This document shows positions 21,250-30,816 of a DNA stretch of 64,000 nucleotides, in pieces. A program made the position numbers and the translations under genes. A model generated the notes under the pieces. That model worked only from the letters and a program-made list of their open reading frames with translations, was not told the DNA's origin and did no database searches. Position 1 is the stretch's first letter; every line of letters begins with the position of its first letter. Location of the stretch: NCBI GenBank assembly GCA_965214935.1, contig CBDCCS010000021.1:32001-96000 (forward strand), written 5' to 3'. Source of the stretch: Candidatus Velthaea sp. GTDB lineage: Bacteria > Vulcanimicrobiota > Vulcanimicrobiia > Vulcanimicrobiales > Vulcanimicrobiaceae.

Positions 21250-21458
21250 CGATCGACGAAACCGTCAACGATCCGCGGCTCGTCGCACGAATTGTCAACT
21301 TGGCCGAACGTTGCGGATGCCGTTTTCGCAGCATTGCCGCGCAAGCCGGTGACGATACCGCCACCCATATGCGCTTTGAATTCGCCGGCCCCGACGAAGC
21401 GCTGCGCCGGCTGGCGGCGCAGATCGCCCGGCTTGTCGCCGTGGATCGCGCCGTGTAG
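21246..21458 (+). CDS. single-ACT-domain small subunit (IlvM-like)
   Basis: GTGA overlap with the ilvB stop; 70 aa with an ACT-like pattern DPRLVARIVNL..RCG..F.SI...LAAQIARLV. Confidence 0.6.
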   Translation: MTIDETVNDPRLVARIVNLAERCGCRFRSIAAQAGDDTATHMRFEFAGPDEALRRLAAQIARLVAVDRAV

Positions 21459-21560
21459 CACGTCTGCTCGCGTGCGCAGCGACTAGATGCGATTTGCCGC
21501 CTAGAAAAATGACGGCCGATCGGTGATATGAACCGCGACTCGCTTTCATGGAGCAGGCGT

Positions 21561-22748
21561 ATGGATCCGATCACTTTTCTTGCGGCGCCGGCGGCAACTT
21601 CGACCGATTCGACGCAACCGGCAGCACCTCCAACGGCTGTCCCGATCGGCGCGATCGCCGGTGCGCTCGGCGGCCGGGACGTCATCACCATCGGCGGTGA
21701 AAACACCCCAACGCTCGACGGCGCTGCGCGCGATGGGCTGCGCCGCGCAAAGCCCAAGTCGATCACCGACAACCTCGAATATGGCGGACTGCTGTATCAC
21801 GACCCGCAGACCGGGCGCTACGGAGCGACCGCGCCGCTCAAGGGAACAGCGACCGGCTTCGATCCGGGTGCCGCCTGCATTCCGCCCGGCACGCGGCTGA
21901 CCGGTGACTACCATACGCACGGCGATTATTCACGCGCAGCAGCCGACGGCAGTGCCGTCCGTACCGGAAGTGCCAAGCGTGACGACTTCAACAGCGACCG
22001 TTTTTCCGAACCCGACTATCGCGGTATTCGCACCGACGCCCGGGGACAAAGCGAATATGCCGGCTTTCTCGGCACCCCGAGCAATAAGAATCTCAAATTC
22101 GATCCGGCTACCGGGGCGACGTCGTCCATCCGTCCCGGATTGCACGCTGCTGCCGGTGGTGCGCTCTTCGGCGGCGCCGCGGCGGCGATCGGCACTGCGG
22201 GCGATGCAATCGTTCACGGTCAGTTCGATCGCGATACACTGCGTGCCGTTGCCCAGAACGGAGCGGGCGGCGCCGTCCTCGGCGCAGCCGCTACGCAGGT
22301 TGAACGCGCCGCGACCGCAGGTTTGGACCGCGTCGCCGGACCTGCCGTCGAGCGCCTTGCGACCAGCGGTTTCGGCGCGGAGGCCGGCGCGCTTGGACGC
22401 ACGGCAGCAACCCGTGTCGGCGGAGCCGGAGTTGCCGGTGCGGCCATCGGTATCGGCGTGTCCGTCTATGAGAATCGTGACGGTCTGGCGCACGGCGACT
22501 CGCACGCGATCGGAAACGTCGCCGGAGATGCCGTCGTCGGCACCGGCTCGGCGCTGGCCGGAGCCGCCGCCGGCGCTGCAATCGGCAGCGTCATACCGGT
22601 CGCCGGAACGATCGTCGGGGCGGGAGTCGGTCTTGTCGCGGGCTACGCGGCGGATAAGATCATGCGCGCGGGCGGGGTCGACCACTGGATCGGCAATGAA
22701 GTAACGGATGGAGTCGATGCCGTGAAGCACTTCTTTAGCTCGTTATGA
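21561..22748 (+). CDS. DUF4329 (JAB/JAMM-like toxin) domain protein with glycine-zipper C-terminus
   Basis: EYGGLLY, GDYHTHGDYS, FSEPD, FLGTPS..LKFDP.TG, then GAAAGAAIGSVIPVAGTIVGAGVG repeats. Confidence 0.8.
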   Translation: MDPITFLAAPAATSTDSTQPAAPPTAVPIGAIAGALGGRDVITIGGENTPTLDGAARDGLRRAKPKSITDNLEYGGLLYHDPQTGRYGATAPLKGTATGFDPGAACIPPGTRLTGDYHTHGDYSRAAADGSAVRTGSAKRDDFNSDRFSEPDYRGIRTDARGQSEYAGFLGTPSNKNLKFDPATGATSSIRPGLHAAAGGALFGGAAAAIGTAGDAIVHGQFDRDTLRAVAQNGAGGAVLGAAATQVERAATAGLDRVAGPAVERLATSGFGAEAGALGRTAATRVGGAGVAGAAIGIGVSVYENRDGLAHGDSHAIGNVAGDAVVGTGSALAGAAAGAAIGSVIPVAGTIVGAGVGLVAGYAADKIMRAGGVDHWIGNEVTDGVDAVKHFFSSL

Positions 22749-22993
22749 CCTCACGTACGCCGGCGCAACAGCGCGCGCTCGATATCGCCCTTGTCGACTT
22801 TACGCGGCGGGTAAGCTGGGCCGACACCTACGACGTTAGCGTTGAAGCCGACGGACCGGACGCATCGAGCGTTGCGTTTCTTCGTATATTCGAGCCGGGC
22901 GAACTGCAACGTCGCGGCGGCGGTATCGATGCCGGCATTACATATCGCATTACGGCCGACGGCGCGATCGATCGCATTACCTATCCGCGCTAG
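22745..22993 (+). CDS. small hypothetical protein, candidate immunity protein
   Basis: ATGA overlap with the upstream toxin-like gene; 82 aa. Confidence 0.6.
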   Translation: MTSRTPAQQRALDIALVDFTRRVSWADTYDVSVEADGPDASSVAFLRIFEPGELQRRGGGIDAGITYRITADGAIDRITYPR

Positions 22994-22999
22994 TTGCCA

Positions 23000-23555
23000 C
23001 TACGTCCAGATCGGAAGGCGAAACGCCGGTGGGCAGTCGTCTTGTGCAATCGGGGCGTTCGTGAACGAATCGGGGCTCGCAAATTTCGTAAATCGGTTCG
23101 CTGCGATCGTAATTCATAGTTGCGTGAGGATCGGCTGTCCGTCGGCGTCGTGCTTGCACTGCACCTGCAGCGACGCGGCTGCCGTCGTTGCAAACGCGCT
23201 GCGAAACCGATCGACGGTCTTGGCGTGCGTCAGACTGCGTCCGAGATGCGCTACAAGATAGCGGCCGAAAGCGCTTTCAACAACTGCTTGGCGCATCGCG
23301 AGTTCGGTCGCGACGAATTGCGCGATCGAATCCGAAGCACTGAACGTGCTTGTCGTACTCATGCGTTAGGAGCGATCAACGGTACCTCCGGCATCGGCCA
23401 GACAGCGTTCGTCGACGCGACAGATACCGGGCTGCCCCGTGAGGGCGAAGGTGTACTAAGAGAAGTCTGCGTGTTCGGCAGGTCGAAACGGCGCCGCGAC
23501 GGCCTTGCTGTGCGCACAGTACGACGAGTGCGGCAACGAGTGCGAAGCGTCGCAC
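23000..23555 (-). pseudogene. ribonuclease T2 family pseudogene
   Basis: Read across frames: signal VRRFALVAALVVLCA, HADFS*YTFALTGQPGIC, LLTHEYDKHVQCF (CAS II), LQVQC...TQL*ITI, DDCPPAF. Two stops, frameshifts, and the CAS I segment is missing. Confidence 0.75.
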
Positions 23556-23737
23556 GAGTAACGTCAAAATCGCTTCCAAGCGTAGAGGAGAACGTCTGCG
23601 GAGGCGGCCCGCTATACCGAGTTGTGTATTCTTCATTCCATACACGAATTAGTTGTTCACGATCTGTGCACCGGTGGGCGCGTTCGCTTGATACTCGACG
23701 GAGCGCGCGATACCGTTTCCAAACGGGCAGATTTCGC

Positions 23738-26560
23738 CTACGAGGCGACGATGCGTGCGCACTCGGCACACAGCTCCGGATTTCGCGGATCGGTATGCAA
23801 GGCGAGATGTTTCCAGCAGCGTGCGCAACGCGCGTCCGGTGCAGCTATCGTCCGAATCACCGCCGGTCCGTCAGCCTCGAGTGCCACGATACTTTGCGGG
23901 CGCACCGACGAAACGACGAGCGCTTCACGCAAGTTATCGCCCAACGCCTTGAAGGCCGCAACGCGCCCGGCCGGGACGGCGATCCGTTCGGCGTCGCGGG
24001 TGAAATCTGCCGCACCCTCCGCCGCAACGTCCGCTCGCAAAGCTTTGAGCATTTGCCAATCCGTACGAGCGATCTCATCGACCTCGCCGACATGCGGAAA
24101 CGGGATATCGAACACCGATTCGTACGCGCCGCGCAACGCCGCAGGCAACGATTGCCAAGCTTCTTCGGCAGTAAACGACAACACCGGCGCAAGCAAAACG
24201 GCCAGCGTCCGGAACATTTCGAGCAGTGCGCTCTGCGCGCTGCGCCGGCGCTCGGCGGCGGCGGCGCTCGAGTACAGCCGGTCTTTTAAACCAGCTAAAT
24301 AAAACCGCGACAAATCATCGTTATCGAACGCGACCAGCGCGAGATATGCATCGTGCAGGCGAAATGCGCGATAGTGTTCGACGACGTCTTTGGTCAACCG
24401 GTCGAGCGCTTCGAGCGCGAGACGGTCGAGCGGTTCGAGCCGCGTCCGCGGTAGAACCGCATCGGCCGGCAAATCGCTTAAATTGCTGAGAAAGAAACGC
24501 AAGCGATTACGCAAATTGCGGTAAACGTTGGCTACATTCTCGAGCATTTTGGCACCCAGGCGCATGTCGGCGGTAAATTCGACCGACGCTGCCCACAAGC
24601 GCAATACGTCCGCGCCGTATTTCTCCATGCCCTCGACTGCGCCGATGTAATTGCCGTCGGACTTATGCATCGCGCGGCCGTCGGCATCGACGACCATACC
24701 GGTCGACAAAACACTTTTGTACGGCGGGGCGCCGAGTGTCGCAACGGCAGTGATCAAGTTGCTGCGAAACCAGCCACGATATTGATCGCTGCCTTCGAGA
24801 TAGAGATCGGCCGGCCAGGGTAAGCCGCCGTTACGCAGCACCGCGCGATGCGTCACTCCCGATTCAAACCAAATATCGACGATGTTGAATTCTTTTTCGA
24901 ACGCCGAACCGCCGCACGCCGGACATTCGAATCCGGGCGGCAAGAACGCGCTGACGTCGTCGGTCCACCACATATCCGAGGCGTTCGTAAGCTGCGGACC
25001 TTCGCTGCGAAAGCGTGCGGCGACGATTCGCGCGACGCGCGGATCGACGATTGAATCGCCGCACGACGTGCAGACGACGGCGGGAATCGGTGTGCCCCAA
25101 GTGCGTTGACGCGAGATGCACCACTCGGGATGATTGCCGATCATCTGCGTCATTCGCGTTTCGCCCCAGGCCGGAATCCAAGCAACGCTCGGGATTTGCT
25201 CCACGATCCGCTCGCGCAATCCGTTGGCATCCAGCGAGATAAACCACTGGGCCGTTGCCCGATAGATGACCGGATTCTTGCAGCGCCAGCAATGCGGATA
25301 CGAGTGCTCGTACGCGGCCGCGCGCACGAGCGCTCCGGAAGCTTTGAGGTCTTCGATAATCTGCGGTTGCGCGGCAAAAATATTGAGACCCGCGTACGGT
25401 CCGGCATCGGCGAGAAACGTTCCTGCAGCATCGACCGGACTGAGCACCGGTAATCCGTACTTGACGCCGGTCTCGAAGTCGTCGGTGCCGTGCCCGGGCG
25501 CCGTGTGGACGGCACCGGTACCGGTTACGAGATCGACATAATCGGCACCGACGACGATGGAGTCCCGGTCGAGAAACGGATGCCGAACGGCGCTGCCGAT
25601 CAGCGCGCTACCGTCAACGACGGCGCGTTCTTCAACGACGACGTCGCTGCCGAATTGCTGCCCGACGGCTGCGCGAAGATCGACGGCGAACACGTGATCT
25701 TCGCCGTCGATCCGATACAGACCGTAACGCGCATCGGGTTTGACGGCAATCGCGACGTTGGCCGGCAACGTCCAGGGTGTCGTCGTCCAAATGACGATCG
25801 AGAGCGGATCGTTGCCGGGTCCGAGCCCGAAACGTTGCAACAACTCGTCACGCTGCGCAGCGCCGGCCCGAAAGCGCACGTAGATCGATGGTGATACGTG
25901 CTCGCGATACTCAATCTCCGCTTCGGCCAGCGCCGTTTCATCGTGCACGCACCAAAGCGTCGAGCGCAGACCCTTGTAGAGCTGCCGGGATTCGGCGAGA
26001 TCGGCGAGCGTATCGACGATCGTTGCCTCGAACTCCGGCGCAATCGTCATGTACGGATGCGCGTAATGTCCGAAAAGTCCCATGCGCAGCATCGCAGCGC
26101 GCTGCCGATCGAGCCAATACAGCGCGCGTGCTTTGCACTGCGCACGCAATTCGATCGGATCGATGGTGTGAAAGTCGACGCCGAGATGAATGACCGTTTC
26201 ACGTTCGATCGGTAGACCGTGCATGTCCCAGCCCGGGACGAAGTCGGCCCAACGCCCGTCGAGCAGCGCGATTTTAACGAACGCGTCTTTGAGAAACCGG
26301 TTGAGGAAATGCCCCATGTGCAGATCGCCGTTGGCGTACGGCGGGCCGTCGTGCAAAATCCACGGCGTACCGCCGCGTGCACGATTGCGAGCCAAACGTT
26401 TTGCATAAGAATCACGTTCGGCCCACCAGGCAACCCGCGCGGGTTCGCGCTTCGGTAATTCGGCCCGCATCGGGAACTCGGTCACCGGCAGATTCAGCGT
26501 CGTTCGATAGTCCCGCTTAGCGGGCGTCGTCTGCGTGTCCGATGTCGTCGTCTTGGGCAT
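23738..26560 (-). CDS. ileS: isoleucine--tRNA ligase (type 1)
   Basis: LHDGPPYANG.LHMGH, PGWDMHGLPIE, WTTTPWT, GTGAVHTAPGHG, WCISRQR, EGSDQYRGWF, C-terminal CARC..CAEC. Confidence 0.98.
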   Translation of the reverse strand: MPKTTTSDTQTTPAKRDYRTTLNLPVTEFPMRAELPKREPARVAWWAERDSYAKRLARNRARGGTPWILHDGPPYANGDLHMGHFLNRFLKDAFVKIALLDGRWADFVPGWDMHGLPIERETVIHLGVDFHTIDPIELRAQCKARALYWLDRQRAAMLRMGLFGHYAHPYMTIAPEFEATIVDTLADLAESRQLYKGLRSTLWCVHDETALAEAEIEYREHVSPSIYVRFRAGAAQRDELLQRFGLGPGNDPLSIVIWTTTPWTLPANVAIAVKPDARYGLYRIDGEDHVFAVDLRAAVGQQFGSDVVVEERAVVDGSALIGSAVRHPFLDRDSIVVGADYVDLVTGTGAVHTAPGHGTDDFETGVKYGLPVLSPVDAAGTFLADAGPYAGLNIFAAQPQIIEDLKASGALVRAAAYEHSYPHCWRCKNPVIYRATAQWFISLDANGLRERIVEQIPSVAWIPAWGETRMTQMIGNHPEWCISRQRTWGTPIPAVVCTSCGDSIVDPRVARIVAARFRSEGPQLTNASDMWWTDDVSAFLPPGFECPACGGSAFEKEFNIVDIWFESGVTHRAVLRNGGLPWPADLYLEGSDQYRGWFRSNLITAVATLGAPPYKSVLSTGMVVDADGRAMHKSDGNYIGAVEGMEKYGADVLRLWAASVEFTADMRLGAKMLENVANVYRNLRNRLRFFLSNLSDLPADAVLPRTRLEPLDRLALEALDRLTKDVVEHYRAFRLHDAYLALVAFDNDDLSRFYLAGLKDRLYSSAAAAERRRSAQSALLEMFRTLAVLLAPVLSFTAEEAWQSLPAALRGAYESVFDIPFPHVGEVDEIARTDWQMLKALRADVAAEGAADFTRDAERIAVPAGRVAAFKALGDNLREALVVSSVRPQSIVALEADGPAVIRTIAAPDARCARCWKHLALHTDPRNPELCAECARIVAS

Positions 26561-26607
26561 GAATCTACGCTGATTCGGGAGCCCGCAGCGCAGCCCATGC
26601 CGCCCGG

Positions 26608-27105
26608 CTACCGCTGCGCGCTAAAGGCTGATTCCTCGGCGGCTGCAGCATCGATCAATTGCGCCAGCACGCGCACGAACGGGATCTCTGCATCGTCGTG
26701 CCGTTCTTTGCCTCTCGTCACGAGGAAGGTTGGAGCGTTCGCACCGTCGGCGACGCGAATGTCGGTTACGTCGGCAAGCGGTACGTCGGGCACGTCACCT
26801 TGTGCATCGACGCTTCCGTCATCCGTAATTTCGATCGTTACGACGTGACCGAGTACTTCGACGATGAGCCGGTTTACGGTATCCGTCGACGGCCGCGGCG
26901 TCACCGTATCGTAGTCGTCGGGCAAACGTTCGTCGCTGCGCGCAACGATGGCTACCGCAAAATTCGTCAGCGGATCGTTGACGGTGAAAGCCGTACCGAG
27001 CGTCCGACGCGCTTCGGCCGCCATCGCGTCGAGCACCGCGCGAACGTGCAGCCGCGCTCGAGCACGGGCCTGCCGCGCGGCCGTCAGCGTCTGCGCCGCA
27101 GACAT
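26608..27105 (-). CDS. hypothetical protein
   Basis: Protein-like composition, upstream of and co-oriented with ileS; start uncertain (27105 or 27132). Confidence 0.6.
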   Translation of the reverse strand: MSAAQTLTAARQARARARLHVRAVLDAMAAEARRTLGTAFTVNDPLTNFAVAIVARSDERLPDDYDTVTPRPSTDTVNRLIVEVLGHVVTIEITDDGSVDAQGDVPDVPLADVTDIRVADGANAPTFLVTRGKERHDDAEIPFVRVLAQLIDAAAAEESAFSAQR

Positions 27106-27275
27106 GAGATGTTGCGTATCCGAATCGTTCAAGCACAGGTCCCGTCGGAGTAAGTCGCCGATCGGCGACCGTCGAATGACTTCGTTCCATGGTTCTGAAA
27201 CGCGCCCTCGTCATCGAGTCCGAGCTTCATTCACATTTCCCGGCGATACCGGTACGGCCGCCGACGCCGTTTAGC

Positions 27276-27338
27276 GACGCCGCCGGCTTCACACCGGTGA
27301 AGCGCTATCCGCTCGTTTTGCTCGTTCTCGGCGGGCCG
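27276..27338 (+). pseudogene. short S9 peptidase-like remnant
   Basis: DAAGFTPVKRYPLVLLVLGGP resembles the S9B/C signature P.DFDP.KKYP.VV.VHGGP. Confidence 0.3.
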
Positions 27339-27419
27339 ATGTGTACGAACGCTGGACCGATTCCATCGCCGCGCTGTTAGCCCGGCTGTGCTTAAAGCCG
27401 CGCGTTGCGCGTCGATAAG

Positions 27420-28103
27420 ATGATGACATTCGACAGCGTGCAAACCGGCTTGGAACCGCGGCTCGATGCAACCGGGCGCGCCGCCGAACGTTACGCGTTA
27501 ACCGTCGTGATGCCGTTGTGGATAAGCGCCGGCGCCTTCGATTACATCTTGCATCGACGCTCGCACATAGAAGCGACGTCGGGAGTGTACGAATCACGCT
27601 TGCACGTCGCGGGCATCGCGCTATCCGCGCTGCCGGTCCTGGCCGGCCTCGTGTGCGAGATCGATGCGGGCGTACTGGCGATCATGAGCGCCGGTTACGT
27701 GACGCATGCCGGCATGACGATCTGGGATATCGCATACGCCGACGAACGGCGCGCGATCGTACCACTCGAACAGCACGTCCATGCGATGCTCGAGCTACTG
27801 CCGTTCACGGCGCTCTCGCTCGTGGCGCTTGCCCATCGCGAGCAGCTTGCGGCACTTGCCGGTCTTGGCGGCAGCGCCGCACGTTGGGGCTTGCGTCGCA
27901 AGCATACGCCGATACCTGCACCCGCGCTGATGGCCACGATCGGCGCCTTCGGCGCCTTTGTCGCACTGCCGTTCGCCGAAGAGTTGTTACGGTGCGTGCG
28001 CTATGCGCGCAAACGCGCCGTTCTCGACTTGAATCCGCCGGCGGAGCAACGCCAGATTGAGTATACCGAATACGACCGCGTGCCAGCCGAGCCCGAGCGC
28101 TAA
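27420..28103 (+). CDS. conserved hypothetical membrane protein
   Basis: About 5 hydrophobic segments; PLW..AG..DY.LHRR..IE.TSG..ES..H and EQHVH..LE.LP motifs. Confidence 0.75.
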   Translation: MMTFDSVQTGLEPRLDATGRAAERYALTVVMPLWISAGAFDYILHRRSHIEATSGVYESRLHVAGIALSALPVLAGLVCEIDAGVLAIMSAGYVTHAGMTIWDIAYADERRAIVPLEQHVHAMLELLPFTALSLVALAHREQLAALAGLGGSAARWGLRRKHTPIPAPALMATIGAFGAFVALPFAEELLRCVRYARKRAVLDLNPPAEQRQIEYTEYDRVPAEPER

Positions 28104-28487
28104 GCTGACACAGGGTAACTCAAAAGCGACGACGAGGTAATTCGGATGCCGCACGAAGCGGAACGGACCCGAGGTCACCGGGCGTTCGAGCGGCACGATG
28201 AGTATGCGTGTCGTCCAGCGCGAACCCAGCGTCACTAGGACCCAAGCGCGACCCGCTTGCAGCAGCACGAATGCAACGGCGAACGCCGGCACGACATCGC
28301 GCCCCGCCCCAAACCACCACAGCGTCGCCAGCCACGTCGCGTGCAAGCCGACCATGAGCGGGTAATGACCGGCCCCAACCTCATAGGCGCCGCGCGCCAG
28401 CAGTCGCCGCGTGTTGCGCGCGGCGATCAGCAGTTCCGCCAGGCGCTGCAGCGTCAAGAAGACGAGCAGCGCCGACGCCGCAGTCAC
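27987..28487 (-). CDS. isoprenylcysteine carboxyl methyltransferase family (SrsB/BpsB-like)
   Basis: QRLAEL..A.RNT..L, GHYP.MV.LH, LG.RWTTRI, GPFRFVRHPNY, RI.VE; directly follows the type III PKS. Confidence 0.9.
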   Translation of the reverse strand: MTAASALLVFLTLQRLAELLIAARNTRRLLARGAYEVGAGHYPLMVGLHATWLATLWWFGAGRDVVPAFAVAFVLLQAGRAWVLVTLGSRWTTRILIVPLERPVTSGPFRFVRHPNYLVVAFELPCVSLALGLGWHAVVFGILNLALLRRRIQVENGAFARIAHAP

Positions 28488-28506
28488 CGTGTTCTGCGAA
28501 CGTCGT

Positions 28507-29586
28507 TCAAGCCGCGACGCATGCAAGCGAGACGAAACTCGCGGTGAATCCGGGTCCGAGCGCTGCAAGCATCGTGTTGATCGGCAAACCGGCCGCGATT
28601 GCACGTTCGAGAACGAACAGCACCGTCGGCGACGACATGTTGCCAAAGTCGCGCATCACACCACGTTCGATGTCCAGCGAGCCGGCCGGCAGAACGAGCG
28701 CCGCTTCGATCGCTTCGAGGACTTTGGTGCCGCCCGGATGACACACGACCCGGCCGATCTGCGCGCGTTCGATATCAAGCCGTTCGATTGCGGCATTGAA
28801 ACTCGCCCGGTAGCGGCGTTCGACGAACGCGGGCAGCGAACGCGAAAGCAATACGCCCAGACCCGCATCGTCGACGTCCCAGCCCATGATGTCGAGCGTG
28901 TCGTTCCACAGATGCTCGGTCGCGCCGCCGAAGGTGGCCAACGCGGGCAACTCGGGATCGCTCGAGACGATCGCCGCCGCCGCACCATCACCGAACAGTG
29001 AAGTCGCGATCACGTCGGCTTTGGTCGCGCGATCGGCGCGAAAGGCAAGCGTGCATAACTCGACGGCTACCAGCAACACCGTCGTGCCCGGTCGCGAAGT
29101 CGCGAGCCGGGACGCAATAGCAAGCCCGGTAACGCCACCCGCACAGCCCAAGCCGAAGACCGGCGTCCGCTCGACGTCCGGCCGGAAGCCCATCTTCGGC
29201 AGCATGCGGGCTTCTAAACTCGGCGTCGAAATGCCGGTTGACGAAACCGTAACGACGGCATCGATGGCAGCCGGCGCCATGTTCGCCGACGCGAGCGCCT
29301 TGGTAACGACGGCCTCAAATAAACTGCTAGCGCCTTCGATATACGCCGCCGTTCGGTCCGGCCAGCCATGCGGATCGGCGAACCAGGAAACCGGCCGGAC
29401 CGAATACCGCCGTTCGATACCGGTCGTTGCAAAGACGCCGGCAACCCGCTCGTAATTTGCCATGCGCGACGCGAAAAACGCACGCGAGCTTGCTTCCGCG
29501 ACACGCTGATCGATTTCATATTCCGGTACGGCGGTTGCTAAAGCGACAAGGTGCGCTGCGATCGACCGTTGTGGCGAAAGACGCAC
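28507..29586 (-). CDS. type III polyketide synthase (SrsA/BpsA-like)
   Basis: Catalytic triad GLGCAGG, CHPGG, GNMSS; LFGDGAAA, LGPGF; AAGGAG RBS before GTG 29586. Confidence 0.93.
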   Translation of the reverse strand: MRLSPQRSIAAHLVALATAVPEYEIDQRVAEASSRAFFASRMANYERVAGVFATTGIERRYSVRPVSWFADPHGWPDRTAAYIEGASSLFEAVVTKALASANMAPAAIDAVVTVSSTGISTPSLEARMLPKMGFRPDVERTPVFGLGCAGGVTGLAIASRLATSRPGTTVLLVAVELCTLAFRADRATKADVIATSLFGDGAAAAIVSSDPELPALATFGGATEHLWNDTLDIMGWDVDDAGLGVLLSRSLPAFVERRYRASFNAAIERLDIERAQIGRVVCHPGGTKVLEAIEAALVLPAGSLDIERGVMRDFGNMSSPTVLFVLERAIAAGLPINTMLAALGPGFTASFVSLACVAA

Positions 29587-29832
29587 CCGGCTCCTTTGCC
29601 CCGCTCGGGAAGCGACCAAACGTTGGGCTGCCGGCACCGGATCAGGTAATCCGGTAGCGTCACGAAGTGAAGACGGAGACGGAGGCATTGAAATCCTTGA
29701 CGGTTGTCGCAACGAGTGTCGCCGTGCGTTCGAGCCTCCGGCAATGACGTTTCGCTTTAACCCTTGGACGTCTGTGCCGAGCGGAATGACGCCGTTCCCG
29801 GCCGTTGCCGCGCGGCGCCTCGAAAAACGAGA

Positions 29833-29997
29833 TCAAAGATGACTCGTTAGCGCCACGATGACGATCGCCACGCCGACGAGCGCGACCGCAAAACAACCGC
29901 AGCCCGGTGCCGGCCCGCGCGGGCGCCGCGGACCATCGGCGTTGTCGCGCGTGCTCAACCGATACGCGACGTAGGTGTCGAAGAGCGGATCGCTCAC
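29833..29997 (-). CDS. small single-pass membrane protein (54 aa, below the ORF-track cutoff)
   Basis: VSDPLFDTYVAYRLSTRDNADGPRRPRGPAPGCGCFAVALVGVAIVIVALTSHL*; starts 28 nt after the M50 protease stop. Confidence 0.5.
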   Translation of the reverse strand: MSDPLFDTYVAYRLSTRDNADGPRRPRGPAPGCGCFAVALVGVAIVIVALTSHL

Positions 29998-30025
29998 GCG
30001 CTATCGGGTTTGGCGGCAGCCCGTC

Positions 30026-30784
30026 TTATGCAGCGCGGTCGAGCAGTGCGCGCGTCCGTTCGAGCCGTTCGGTCGCGCGCGAGACCTGCAATTGTTGCCA
30101 GCCTTGACGAAGTAAGAATATCCCGATCAGGCCGTACCACGCTTGACTCATATCGTGCGTGATGAGCACGCCGGCAGCGCCGCCCAAAATCAGCGCGGCG
30201 GCAAACAGCAATCCGACGATCGATGCAGCTCCGGTCGCGGCGGCTTGGCTTCCGCGCAACTGCCAAATGACCGCACGTAGAACGCGTCCGCCGTCCATCG
30301 GGAATGCCGGGATCAGATTGAAGACGGCTAACGCGGCATTCGCAAAGCTGGCATAGGCGGCAAGCAATTCGAGCGTTCCTTCGAGCGCGCCGCTGCCGAA
30401 TCGCTGCAACAGCGTAAACGCACCGAAGGCGAGTGCCGCCAAAGCGGCGCTGAACGCCGGCCCGGCCAGCGCAACGAGCGCTTCCGCGCGCGGCGAGGGC
30501 GGCTCCCGTTCAAGCAGTGCAACCCCGCCGAGCAAAAATAAGGTAATGCGATGAGTCCCGATGCCGAAGCGTCGCGCAACGAACGCATGCGCGAATTCGT
30601 GGGCGATCAAGCTTGCAAAGAGCAGTAATCCGCCGAGTGCGCCCAGTCCGACGGCAACGCCGCGCGGGACGCCGTCGAGCAACTGCGCCAATGAACCGGC
30701 AATGAACGCATAGGCAACGATCCACGACACGTGCACGACGACGGGTATGCCGGAGAATCGGCCGATGGTAAAAGTCTGGCGCAT
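30026..30784 (-). CDS. site-2 protease (M50 family)
   Basis: HEFAH, ALAGP, FNLIPAFPMDGGR. Confidence 0.93.
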   Translation of the reverse strand: MRQTFTIGRFSGIPVVVHVSWIVAYAFIAGSLAQLLDGVPRGVAVGLGALGGLLLFASLIAHEFAHAFVARRFGIGTHRITLFLLGGVALLEREPPSPRAEALVALAGPAFSAALAALAFGAFTLLQRFGSGALEGTLELLAAYASFANAALAVFNLIPAFPMDGGRVLRAVIWQLRGSQAAATGAASIVGLLFAAALILGGAAGVLITHDMSQAWYGLIGIFLLRQGWQQLQVSRATERLERTRALLDRAA

Positions 30785-30816
30785 CGAGGTGACGCGTCGT
30801 TCACGCGCCGCGCAGC

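Noticed and set aside
23114..23362. 82-aa ORF as an independent gene
   Set aside because: It is an internal piece of the RNase T2 pseudogene
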